Assembly (NCBI GenBank): GCA_963835845.1
Contig: CAWIGT010000009.1
Span: 324,949-388,948 of the forward strand
Direction of reading: 5' to 3'
Length of the DNA stretch: 64,000 nt
DNA from: an uncultured Chloroflexia bacterium
GTDB taxonomy: Bacteria; Chloroflexota; Limnocylindria; Limnocylindrales; CSP1-4
Translations under genes and position numbers: made by a program
Notes under the pieces: model-generated
The model's input: the letters and a program-made list of their open reading frames with translations, nothing else
The model's database searches: none
What the model was told of the DNA's origin: nothing
Part shown: in pieces, positions 34,617 through 44,127 of the stretch
How positions within the stretch are numbered: the stretch's first letter is position 1
How the letters are laid out: each line of letters starts with the position of its first letter

Positions 34617-35485
34617 GCGCTTCGACCGGAGTGGAGGGCTCGTCTTCGACGCCGGCGGCTACGACGGCGCACGAGGTGCCAGACCGCCTTCTCCAGGCGG
34701 TAGTCCTCGACTGGGCGGGGACCACGCAGGACTTCGGCTCGCTGGCGCCCGTGGGAGCCTTCGTGGAAGTATTCGCCAGGAACGGCGTGCCGATCACGCC
34801 TGCCCAGGCCCGTGGCCCGATGGGCATCTACAAGCTGGATCACATCCGCGCCCTCGCGGCGCTGCCGGAGGTGGCGGCAGAGTGGCAGCGCGTCCATGGG
34901 ACGGCCTGCACCGAGACCGACGTAAGGGCCATGTACGAGCAGCTCGTGCCGATCCAGGAAGCCGTCCTGCCGCGTTTCTGCAAGCTCATCCCGGGCACTG
35001 TCGAGGCCGTCGCCGAAATTCGGTCCCGCGGATACATGGTGGGTTCGACCACGGGTTATCCCCGTTCCGTAGGCGAGGTCGCCGCGGCCCACGCCCTCGA
35101 GCAGGGCTACCGGCCCGACGTCATGGTCTGCGCGGACGAGGTGCCGGCGGGCCGGCCGGAGCCGTGGATGCTCCTCCGAGCGATGGAGGCGATGCGCGTC
35201 TACCCGCCCAGCACCGTCGTGAAGGTCGGCGACACGGAGGCAGACATCGCCGAAGGGCTCAACGCCGGGACGTGGACCGTTGGCGTGACTCGCACCGGCA
35301 ACTACGTCGGGCTCGACCAGGCGGGCTTTGCCGCGCTGTCCGCCGAGCGAAGGAGCGAACTGATGCGGAACGCGTCAGAGGTCCTGCGCCACGCCGGAGC
35401 GCACTACTTGATCGGCTCGATAGCCGAGCTGCCGCCCGTCCTTGACGACATCGAGATCTGCATGGTTCTGGGCGAGAAGCCCTGA
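34613..35485 (+). CDS. phnX: Phosphonoacetaldehyde hydrolase
   Basis: ATGA overlap with phnW. AVVLDWAGTTQDFGSLAPVGAFVEVF..ARGPMGIYKLDHIRAL, and VKVGDTEADIAEG. Confidence 0.9.
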   Translation: MSASTGVEGSSSTPAATTAHEVPDRLLQAVVLDWAGTTQDFGSLAPVGAFVEVFARNGVPITPAQARGPMGIYKLDHIRALAALPEVAAEWQRVHGTACTETDVRAMYEQLVPIQEAVLPRFCKLIPGTVEAVAEIRSRGYMVGSTTGYPRSVGEVAAAHALEQGYRPDVMVCADEVPAGRPEPWMLLRAMEAMRVYPPSTVVKVGDTEADIAEGLNAGTWTVGVTRTGNYVGLDQAGFAALSAERRSELMRNASEVLRHAGAHYLIGSIAELPPVLDDIEICMVLGEKP

Positions 35486-35898
35486 GGCGTTGGATGTCCC
35501 ACGCCCTGCTCCTCACGTTCTCACCACGCTGGTGGCGGCATTGCCCCCCTCAGACGCCCGGTTCTTTCCTATCGATCTCCGCCGGCGGCCCGGCGCAGCT
35601 AAGTCCGGTCTCGGGACTCTCCTGGCGGATATGTGCCGCGTCCGTCACCCGAACCAAGTCGCCGGCCCCTCCGGTCACGTGGACCGGCTGGGGTTAGCGT
35701 CCTGAGCTGCGCCGGCTGCCGCGCCCACGTTCCACCAACGCCGCAGACGCGTAGGGACGAAAGCCGATGCGGTGACCATACCGAGACGCGGTAGCGAGCC
35801 CGAGCGGCGCGTGGCGCTCGGCGCGATCGCCGGCCCGTCCCCCGCGTCGAGGCCGATGCCGCGCCGGCGGCAGGGTCCAGCGAATCCCTCGACGGCAG

Positions 35899-36126
35899 TT
35901 ATCCGAACCAGTGCTCGAACTCGGCCTGCGGCTGGTGCGGCTGGCCAGGCGGAGCTGCCTCTCGACGCGTCTCCCCCGCCGCCTCCGGGTAGTCAGCCGC
36001 GAGCCAGTCGCCGCCCTCGGGGTCGCTCCATTCGCTGTGGTGCCCCATCGATCGTGCGCGTGCGCCGCCGCGAGTGACAGCGGCGGGCGTGGCGGCGTCG
36101 GCAGGCGTGAATACCGCGACCTTCAT
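35899..36126 (-). CDS. Hypothetical small acidic protein
   Basis: 75-aa ORF 64 nt downstream of tatA on the same strand, with moderate GC3. No family recognised. Confidence 0.3.
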   Translation of the reverse strand: MKVAVFTPADAATPAAVTRGGARARSMGHHSEWSDPEGGDWLAADYPEAAGETRREAAPPGQPHQPQAEFEHWFG

Positions 36127-36190
36127 CTCGCAACCTCACTGTCCGGCGCGGGCATCTCGCCGCGCGGGACGTCAGTCAACGTGCGGCGCT

Positions 36191-36448
36191 TCAGTCGACG
36201 CGCTGGGTCGCGGGCGCCTGGACCGACGGCCCGGCGGGCGCAACCGCGGCGATGGATTCCTGCGCCTGGGCCTGTATCGGTGCCGCAGGCTGGGCCACGA
36301 CAGCGTCCTGAAGCGGACTGGACGCCTTCTGGAACTCACGAATGCTCTTGCCCATGGCAGCGCCGACCTCCGGCAGCTTCCCGGGTCCGACGACGATCAA
36401 GGCGATGATGAGGATCAGGACCAGGTGGGCAGGCGTAAGGCCAAACAT
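36191..36448 (-). CDS. tatA: Twin-arginine translocase subunit TatA/E
   Basis: MFGLTPAHLVLILIIALIVVGPGKLPE..GKSIREFQKA. Confidence 0.9.
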   Translation of the reverse strand: MFGLTPAHLVLILIIALIVVGPGKLPEVGAAMGKSIREFQKASSPLQDAVVAQPAAPIQAQAQESIAAVAPAGPSVQAPATQRVD

Positions 36449-36620
36449 CTAGCGCGGTCTCCTTCCGGTCGTGGGTCAGCCCGCCGGAGGGCCGGGCTGC
36501 TGTCCGCGAGTTCATGGCTCGAGACATGACCAGCTTGAGCGGAGCCAATTAACGACTCGCACGTTCCGGAGTTAACACTCGGGCGCTCCCTGTGAGGCCG
36601 ACCGTTTCCCCCGTCGTCAT

Positions 36621-37466
36621 CTAGCGGCCGCCAATCCGGATCATCACGATCGAGGCTTCGTAGAGCACGTACATCACGATGGCCATCACGATCGGGCTCA
36701 CCAGATCCGCTCCGGGCGTCACGACGGCGGAGAGGACGACGATCGCCAGAACCGCCCCCCGGCGCGAGCTCGCCAGTCGCCCCGAAGTTACGATCCCCAT
36801 CTTCGACAGCAGAACCAGCACGATCGGGTACTCCATGACCAGGCCGAATGCCAGGAACAGCGTGGTCACGAACCCGAAATATGCGTCGGCCGTAAGCATC
36901 AGGGTGATGTCCGACGACTGGAAGCCGTACAGGAAGCCCGACGCATACGGCAGGATAAAGTACGCCACCCCGACGCCTACGGCGAAGAAGAACATCGCCA
37001 GGGGCAGCCAGGGCTTCGCTGCGGCGCGCTCCTGAGGGGTCAGACCGGGCGAGATGAAAGCCCAGAACTCATACAGGATCACGGGCATGGCCAGGATGAC
37101 TCCGGCGGTCATCGCGACCTTGAGCTGGATCATGAAGGGCTCGGTAAGCCCGAGAGCCACCAGCGGCTTGTCCGTGGGCAACGGGGCCTTCAGGACGTGG
37201 ATGATCTGCCCGGACAGGACGAAACCAACGGCCGAGCCGGGTATCAGCGACAGGGCCGCAACTACAAGCCTGTTGCGCAGCTCGGTCAGGTGACCGGACA
37301 GCGTCTTGGCTGCCGCCGCGGGCCCGCCCGGATCGTCGGAGCCTCGGGGGACCCCGCCCCGGTCTCGGAACGGCAGGCGAAGCCGGACCGTCGGAACTCG
37401 ACGCAACCTTGAACCCGCCGCAGGCGGAGACACCGCGCGCGCAACCGCGTTTGACTCCGCGGTCAC
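36621..37466 (-). CDS. tatC: Twin-arginine translocase subunit TatC
   Basis: HLTELRNRL, six TM helices, FISPGLTPQER. Confidence 0.9.
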   Translation of the reverse strand: MTAESNAVARAVSPPAAGSRLRRVPTVRLRLPFRDRGGVPRGSDDPGGPAAAAKTLSGHLTELRNRLVVAALSLIPGSAVGFVLSGQIIHVLKAPLPTDKPLVALGLTEPFMIQLKVAMTAGVILAMPVILYEFWAFISPGLTPQERAAAKPWLPLAMFFFAVGVGVAYFILPYASGFLYGFQSSDITLMLTADAYFGFVTTLFLAFGLVMEYPIVLVLLSKMGIVTSGRLASSRRGAVLAIVVLSAVVTPGADLVSPIVMAIVMYVLYEASIVMIRIGGR

Positions 37467-37470
37467 CGTC

Positions 37471-38412
37471 TCAGCTCAGCCATATGGGGTTGGTCCAGGC
37501 GCGCTTGCCTCTGGCGTCCACGACGGTGATCCGGAAGTAGGTGCCCAGGGCCCTATCTAATTCGAAGGCGTGGTTGCCGAACGTTCCCAACGGGACTCTG
37601 GTCTGGGTGAGATTGGCGCCGTAGCGGCACTCATATCTCTCGCCGCCTCCCGAGACGACGACCTTTGTGACCGGAGTGCTGGAGACTGCAATCTCGTGCT
37701 CGTCGACCGTGACGTCGAGAATTTGCGGGCCCTCGCTGGCGTAGAAGCGGCCGGCCTTGAGGGCAGCGACGAGCTCGGCGGGATCGTTCTCCTCGGCCCG
37801 GACGTACACCCACCCGAGCCCGTGGTCTGGAAACTCGGGGTAGTCCTGCTGGAAATGGGCGTCGTCCGTGGCGCAGGCGTCGATGCGTCGCCCACGGGAC
37901 GTCACCACGTCGAGGATGTGGCTGCTGTCCCCCATCTGATAGGCGAGCTCGGACGCCCCGTTGAATATCTCCAGAGCATGGGCGGCGGCGATAGTGTCGA
38001 TATCCTCGGCCGTGAGACCGTAGTAGGCGGGGTGAGCCACGATGACAAAGGCTCCGCTGGCGGCGGCGCGGGCCGCCAGTTGCGAGCCCGTTTCGCCTGG
38101 CTCAGTTCGGGCGAATTCGATCGGGAGGCCGGCGGCCACGATATGCCACAGGTTCCCCACCTGCGTGCGCGGCGCATGGAGTTCTGCGCCTATCAGGGTC
38201 GTGAACCCGGGGGCGCGGAACGGTCGGGTGTCCGTGATCGGGTACCCGAACCGATTCACGAAGTGGTCGGTCAGAGAAACAAAGTCGTAACCATTTTCGC
38301 GGTACCACGCCACGGTTTCCGCCGGTTCGAGATTGCCATCCGATCGGCTCGAGTGAGTGTGCAGGTTGCCTCGCCAGAATCGACCGGGCATCTTGAACGG
38401 CAGTCGGTTCAC
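37471..38412 (-). CDS. PHP-domain metallophosphoesterase (CehA/McbA-like)
   Basis: GNLHTHSSRSDG, SLTDHF, and the HP/DDAH metal ligands. Confidence 0.8.
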   Translation of the reverse strand: MNRLPFKMPGRFWRGNLHTHSSRSDGNLEPAETVAWYRENGYDFVSLTDHFVNRFGYPITDTRPFRAPGFTTLIGAELHAPRTQVGNLWHIVAAGLPIEFARTEPGETGSQLAARAAASGAFVIVAHPAYYGLTAEDIDTIAAAHALEIFNGASELAYQMGDSSHILDVVTSRGRRIDACATDDAHFQQDYPEFPDHGLGWVYVRAEENDPAELVAALKAGRFYASEGPQILDVTVDEHEIAVSSTPVTKVVVSGGGERYECRYGANLTQTRVPLGTFGNHAFELDRALGTYFRITVVDARGKRAWTNPIWLS

Positions 38413-38430
38413 GTGGCGGCTCCTCTCGTG

Positions 38431-39614
38431 TCAGGCTGGATGGATGCGCGAGGGCGCGTCGTAAGGGTTCGTGTCGACGAGAATTGCGGCCGACATATGA
38501 CCGGCGCCGGGCCGACTCGGGATGACTCGGCTCGCACGGACTGGGACCCTGACACTCAGCTCACTCCCCGTCGGCCAGCGGCTGGCGCTGGCGCTGGGAA
38601 TGTCGATTGCCAGGAGGCGAGTCGCGGTCAGGGCCGAAGCCTGGTCGCTGGAGACGGCCTGTTCCCTCAACAGAAGCCTGGTCGTGGCGCCGAGGAACGT
38701 CTGCACTTCAACCCGACCTGTGAGGGTCAGGTCGCCGTTGAGCGTCGCGCCCATGGCTTCGAGCGGTTCCAGCAACTCCGGCCGCACGAGCAGCAGGCCA
38801 CGGTCCCCATCGACGAGGCCGGCCGCTCCGGGCGCGGTAACCCGCCTGCCGCCGCGCTCTACCAGGCCCGTGGCGCCGGATACGATGCGCACGGGGATTT
38901 CGTTCATGGCTCCGATGAAGCCGGCCGTGAATGCGGATCGGGCTCGGCGTACACCTGTGCCGGCGTGCCGACTTCCTCGATCGCGCCTCGGTTTATTACG
39001 ACGACTCGATCGCTGATCGACAGCGCTTCCGACTGGTCGTGGGTAACCAGGATCGTGGTGATGCCAAGTTGAACCTGCATCCGGCGGATTTCGGTGCGCA
39101 ACTCCTCGCGGACCTTGGCGTCGACGGCGCTGAGGGGCTCGTCGAGAAGCAGCACCCCCGGCCGGATCGCCACCGCCCGAGCCAGCGCGACGCGCTGCTG
39201 CTGCCCGCCGGACATCTGGTGCGGATAGCTCCTGGCGACGCGGGCCAACCCGAACAGCTCCAGGAGCTCCGTGACCCGCTTCCTGCGCTCGATGGGATCC
39301 TGCTTTCGAACAGCCAGCCCGAATTCCACATTGTCCGCGGCGGTCATGTTGGGGAAGAGCGCGTATCCCTGGAAGACCATGCCCATGCCGCGCTTGTTGG
39401 GTGGCAGGTCGGTCACGTCGCGGCCGTCGACCACTATTGAGCCGACGTCCGGAGCTTCGAATCCCGCCGTCATGCGAAGCGTCGTGGTCTTGCCGCAGCC
39501 CGAAGGGCCGAGGAGCGAGACGAGCTCGCCGTCCTCGACCGTCAGGTTGAAGTCGTCCACCGCGACTTGATCGCCGAAGCGCTTGGATATGTTCGCGAGT
39601 TCTAGACGTGACAT
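38431..39614 (-). pseudogene. ABC importer ATP-binding protein (PotA/CysA/PhnT type, NBD plus TOBE-like domain), split by an apparent 1-nt deletion
   Basis: The NBD ORF (GPSGCGKTT, MSGGQQQRVALARA, LLLDEP) ends ..AQVYAEPDPHSRPASSEP*. The -1 frame reads SAFTAGFIGAMNEIPVRIV.., the conserved FxAxFIG junction, and continues through the C-terminal domain to 38431. The break is near 38930-38945. Confidence 0.85.
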
Positions 39615-39675
39615 GCCGGTCTGACCTCAGCCGTGCTACATGGGGGCGTTGCGGACGATGTTCGTTCCTGGTGCT

Positions 39676-40530
39676 CTACGGGCGACGGCGGCGAGGGCAA
39701 TGGACCCCCGCCCAGGTGATCACGAAGCTGACGAGAACCAGGGCCTCGCCCTCGCGGGGCTGGAAGCCGTTGATGTTCAGGAGGTACACGGGGAAGGTCG
39801 GGTACCCAAGGAGGGCTGCCAGCGTGAACTCGCCCATTGCGGTCGTGAAGGCGAGCAGTGCCCCTGAGACCAACCCGAGCGAGATGGAAGGAACGATGAC
39901 CCGAAGGAACGTGTGGACCGGGCTGGCGCCGAGGCTGGCCGAGGCCTCGCTGAGTGTTCTAACGTCCACGGCGCTCAGGTTGTTGTCGATAGCCCTGAAG
40001 ACGAAAGGCAGCGTCAGCACGAAGTAGCCGCCCATAAGCAGGATGGGCGCCCAATCAGACGCGATCAGGTTCAGGGGCGAGTTGATCCCATATACAGAGG
40101 AAAGCCCGACGGCCAGGATGATCGGCGGGATGACGAAAGGCAGGATCGTGACGAATTCGATCGTTGATCGGAGGCCTGAGAACCTGAGTTCCACCAGATA
40201 CGCAGTCGGGGCGACGACGGCCAGCGCCAGGACGGTGGTCACGACCGAATACATCAGGCTGAGGATCAGAGCCGAGTGGAAGCCGTCGTCGCCGAGCCCA
40301 TCGAAGAGCGGCTGTAGCGTGAACTGCTTCCCGGTAGAGAACCCAAATACGGCGGTCGCGTAGAGCGGCAGCAGGAAGTAGACAGCCGAGATGGCCAGCG
40401 TCACGATCGCCCAGACCGGCGTCCGGCGCCCACGTCTCTTGCGCCGCCGAACCCGGGCGCCGACGTGCACGGCCGCGAGCGCCTCGATTGCTCCTTCGGT
40501 GGCTTCGCCGGTTATGGAGGGATTGCTCAC
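39676..40530 (-). CDS. ABC importer permease (PotC/PhnV-like)
   Basis: 284 aa, GTG start after GAGGAGGAG, six TM helices. Confidence 0.85.
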   Translation of the reverse strand: MSNPSITGEATEGAIEALAAVHVGARVRRRKRRGRRTPVWAIVTLAISAVYFLLPLYATAVFGFSTGKQFTLQPLFDGLGDDGFHSALILSLMYSVVTTVLALAVVAPTAYLVELRFSGLRSTIEFVTILPFVIPPIILAVGLSSVYGINSPLNLIASDWAPILLMGGYFVLTLPFVFRAIDNNLSAVDVRTLSEASASLGASPVHTFLRVIVPSISLGLVSGALLAFTTAMGEFTLAALLGYPTFPVYLLNINGFQPREGEALVLVSFVITWAGVHCPRRRRP

Positions 40531-40543
40531 CGCTGCCTCCTCC

Positions 40544-41440
40544 TCATCGGGCCAGCCAGCGTGACGAGCGGCGTTCCAGCACGGCCCGGCCGCCGATGCA
40601 GACGGCCATGATCACGGCCAGGCCGATGGCAAGGGCATCCGCCAGGCCCGGGTCGTAGTTGACGTCGCCGTTGATCAGGTTGGAGATCTGGAGCGGCACC
40701 AGAGGCACGAACCCGGTCGTCAGGGCGTAGGCCGTCGCATATGCCCCAAAGGCGTTCGCATAGAGCAGGAGCAAGGACGAGATGAACGGGGTCATCAGGA
40801 TTGGGATGGCGACGCCACGCAGGTATTGCCAGCGGCTAGCGCCGAGGATCTCGGCGGCCTCGCGCCACGCCGGCTTCATGGCCTGAAGCGGCGGCAACAT
40901 AACCAGGACCATGAGCGGGACTTCCCAGTACGCGTATACGACCGTAAGGCCGAGCACGGAGTAGAGCTTGAAACCGCCGCCATACAGGTCGATACCTGCG
41001 CCCAGGAGAGTCTTGGTCAGGAGCCCGTTGGCGCCGAGAGTTGCGATGAACGCGAAGGCCAGCGGCACGCCGGCGAAGTTGGCGGCGACGCTGCTGAACG
41101 TCGTCGCGATCTCCTGAATGATCGGCCGGCGCGACGACACGATTGCCTGGGCGATCAGCAGGCCCACCAGGCCTCCGAGCAGCGTCGACGCGAGTGAGAG
41201 CTCGAGAGAGTTCGCGAACGGAACGAGATCGAGCGGGCGGCTCAGGTACGTGTAGTTGGCGAACGTGAAGCTGCCAGTCTTGCTGTCGTGGAAGCTGCCC
41301 CAGACCAGCGACACGGTCGGCAGCAGAAGGAACAGCCCCACCAGGGCGGCGAAGGGCAGAAGCGCGAAAGCGGCCCGCCCGCCGCGGCTCCTGGCCGCGG
41401 CGGGCGAACCCGCAATTCTTACGGCGGTGAGGGAACGCAC
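40544..41440 (-). CDS. ABC importer permease (PotB/PhnU-like)
   Basis: 298 aa. EAA-like loop: EAAEILGASRWQYLRGVAIP. Confidence 0.85.
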   Translation of the reverse strand: MRSLTAVRIAGSPAAARSRGGRAAFALLPFAALVGLFLLLPTVSLVWGSFHDSKTGSFTFANYTYLSRPLDLVPFANSLELSLASTLLGGLVGLLIAQAIVSSRRPIIQEIATTFSSVAANFAGVPLAFAFIATLGANGLLTKTLLGAGIDLYGGGFKLYSVLGLTVVYAYWEVPLMVLVMLPPLQAMKPAWREAAEILGASRWQYLRGVAIPILMTPFISSLLLLYANAFGAYATAYALTTGFVPLVPLQISNLINGDVNYDPGLADALAIGLAVIMAVCIGGRAVLERRSSRWLAR

Positions 41441-41464
41441 TGTCGCGCTCCGGAGTGCTGGCGG

Positions 41465-42728
41465 TTAGGAGTTGACGACGATCTTCCAGCCGGTCCCGAG
41501 GGTCTTTTGGGCGGCCGTGATCTTGTCGATGTTGGTCACGAGCGTGACTTTCTTGTACAAGTCGGCGGATGGCAGCTTGGCCGCCAGGTCCGCGGGGATC
41601 TTGCCGGCAGCGTTCAGAGCATCGAAGCGGATCGGGTGTGCGTAGCCCTTAAGGAAGAGGATCTGAGCCTCGTCGCTGTAAATCAACTCCTGCCAGAGCT
41701 TGGCTGCGTTCGGATGGGGCGCCTTGACGGCGACGATGTCGGCGTACGGGCTGGCCAGGGAACCGGAAGCGGGGATGGTCACGGTGATGTTCGGGGCGCC
41801 GGCGGCCTTGTCTCGAACGGCCAGGCCGAGGTAGTCCCACTTGATCGCGACCTTGACTTCGCCGCTGAGGATGTTCGCGTCGCTGGCGCGCGCGGCAGTC
41901 AGGTTGCCCGACTGCTGGAGCTGGTTCATGAATTCGATGCCGGGCTGGATGTTGTCTACGCCACCGCCGTTGCCGACCGCAGCCGACCAGACCGCGAAGA
42001 ACGAGTCGTTGGCCTTGGTCGGGTCGCCGTCGATGCCGATCGCGTTCTTCAGCGACGGGTCCAGCAGATCCTTCCAATCGTTGATCGGGATCTTGACTGC
42101 GTCTGTGTTGATCACGAACGACTGGGCGCCCCAGTAGTTGCAGCACCAGTAGCCGTCGGCGTCCTTCGCAATGTCGGCTATGTCTGCCCAATGGGAGTTC
42201 TTGTACGGCGCGGACAGCGACTGCTGCTTGGCCTGAACCGCGAAGGCGATGCCGACGTCGCCCACATCCGGCTTGCCCGTGTTCTTGATCGAGTCGAGTT
42301 CCTGGCCGGAACTGTATTCGCCCTCGGTTGACGCCCCGTTGATGGCGATACCGTAATCCTGCTTCCAGAGATCGAAGATGCCCTGATAGTTGACCCATTC
42401 CGGCGGAATGCCGGTCTGGTAGAGACTGCCTTCACCCTTGGCCGCGGCGATCATGGCGGTCAGGTCGGCCGTGGCTGCGGCTGTGGCGGCGGCTACGGAA
42501 GCCGACGAGGCGGGGTTGGCCGCCACGGATGCAGCGGCAGACTGGGTCGCGGCGGCAGCCGACGGGGAGCTGGCCGCGCTCGAGCAGGCGGCGACGATCA
42601 CTCCTATGGCCGGCAGGCTCAATCCCAGTCCGACAAGTCCCTTGAGAAAGCGCCGGCGATCGATCTGACCGGACGTGAAGGTGCTGCTGAGTTGGTCGAT
42701 TTCGAGCGAGCAGCGGATCGTTTGCCAC
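41465..42728 (-). CDS. Extracellular solute-binding protein (family 1, PotD/AfuA/PhnS-like) with a Tat signal and lipobox; apparent 1-nt frame break inside the signal-peptide n-region
   Basis: In-frame upstream of the track ORF: ..SGQIDRRRFLKGLVGLGLSLPAIGVIVAAC. That frame has no start codon. The GTG at 42728 (6 nt after AAGGAGG) is offset by one nt. Confidence 0.8.
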
Positions 42729-42868
42729 GGAGATCCTCCTTGGACTCGGGGTATTCGGTCCGAGTCGTCCCACCGGGCCGCCCACCGCGGCCACGTCCCT
42801 TCTCGGCGGCCGCCCGACGGTGAACGGATAACCCTGACGACCGACCGCGGATAGCCTCCTGGCGGCCC

Positions 42869-42901
42869 GTTGTTACCGTGTTAACTGCAGATCAACTTCT
42901 G
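42869..42901. promoter_or_regulatory. Candidate Pho-box-like 11-bp-phased units GTTGTTA, GTTAACT, ATCAACT in the divergent ABC-operon/pit intergenic region
   Basis: Units at 42869, 42880 and 42891. A GTTCACC core (as its reverse complement GGTGAAC) lies at 42829-42835. Confidence 0.35.
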
Positions 42902-43004
42902 CCCGCGGCCGGTCGGGCGGCAGGTTGGAGGGAAGGAGCGGAGCGCCGCCGGGTACGACCTGATAGCCTCTAGATGGCGGCGGCCCCTGCCGCGACTCAC
43001 CAAC

Positions 43005-44069
43005 ATGACGAGGGTCGTTGGCTTGACCACGAGCACGGTGCTAGGGCTGATCGCGATCTTCGCGCTGGCCGTGTTGTTCGACTACATCAACGGCTTCCAC
43101 GACACCGCCAACGCCATCGCCACGTCGGTATCGACGCGCGCACTCAAACCCGAAGTCGCGATCCTGCTTTCGGCCACGGCCAACTTCGTCGGCGCCCTGG
43201 TCTTCGGCACCGCCGTGGCCACCACGATCGGCTCCGGCGTCGTTCAGGACAACATGATCCTGAGCAACGGCGCGACCGTCCTGCTGGCGGCGCTGTCGGG
43301 AGCAATCGCCTGGAACCTGATCACGTGGTTACTGGCCATTCCGAGTTCGAGCAGCCATGCGCTCGTGGGCGGACTCATCGGAGCGGCCATCGCCTCGTCC
43401 GGGCTCGACGCCGTTCAGTGGGGCAATTTCGTGGTCAAGGTCGTCGTGCCGCTCGTCAGCTCGCCGATCCTGGGGCTGCTCATCGGCCTGGGTCTGATGG
43501 TCCTGCTGCTGAACCTCTTCGTCCACGCCCATCCGCACCTGATGAACGACCGCTTCCGCAAGCTCCAGATCATTTCGGCGACGTACATGGCCCTGAGCCA
43601 CGGCACCAACGACGCCCAGAAGACGATGGGCATCATGACCCTCGCCCTGTTCAACGCCGGGGCCATATCGTCCAAGACCGTGCCCACCTGGGTCATCCTG
43701 ATAGCGGCGACCGCCATGTCGTTCGGAACGGCCGCCGGTGGCTGGCGGATCATGAAGACGATGGGCCAGCGCGTCGTGAAGCTGGACCCGGTCCACGGCT
43801 TCGCGGCGGAGACCACGGCAGCCACGATCATCATGGCGGCCGCCCAGCTCGGCATGCCGGTGTCCACCACTCACGTGATCTCCAGCGCGATCATGGGAGT
43901 GGGCACGAGCCACCGCTTCAACGCCGTGCGCTGGGGCGTAGCTCGCAGCATCGCCACGGCGTGGGTTCTGACCATCCCGTGCTCGGCCGTCATCGCCGGC
44001 GTGGCCTACCTGGTCTTGACCGTTCTGGGTGGGCCCGCGGGAGGCATCCTGCACCTCTTCGGCGTCTAG
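43005..44069 (+). CDS. pit: Inorganic phosphate transporter, PiT family
   Basis: FDYINGFHDTANAIATSV and the second repeat LSHGTNDAQKTMGI. Confidence 0.95.
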   Translation: MTRVVGLTTSTVLGLIAIFALAVLFDYINGFHDTANAIATSVSTRALKPEVAILLSATANFVGALVFGTAVATTIGSGVVQDNMILSNGATVLLAALSGAIAWNLITWLLAIPSSSSHALVGGLIGAAIASSGLDAVQWGNFVVKVVVPLVSSPILGLLIGLGLMVLLLNLFVHAHPHLMNDRFRKLQIISATYMALSHGTNDAQKTMGIMTLALFNAGAISSKTVPTWVILIAATAMSFGTAAGGWRIMKTMGQRVVKLDPVHGFAAETTAATIIMAAAQLGMPVSTTHVISSAIMGVGTSHRFNAVRWGVARSIATAWVLTIPCSAVIAGVAYLVLTVLGGPAGGILHLFGV

Positions 44070-44127
44070 CGCCCCGGATTCTCGCGATGGCTCCCGGCCG
44101 CCCGGCTCGCGTCTTCGCCTGCCACTT

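Noticed and set aside
22036-42728. Programmed ribosomal frameshifting as an explanation for the five frame breaks
   Set aside because: None of the sites has a canonical slippery heptamer with a downstream pseudoknot, and the shifts go in both directions. Indel error or pseudogenisation is more parsimonious, but I cannot distinguish the two without reads.
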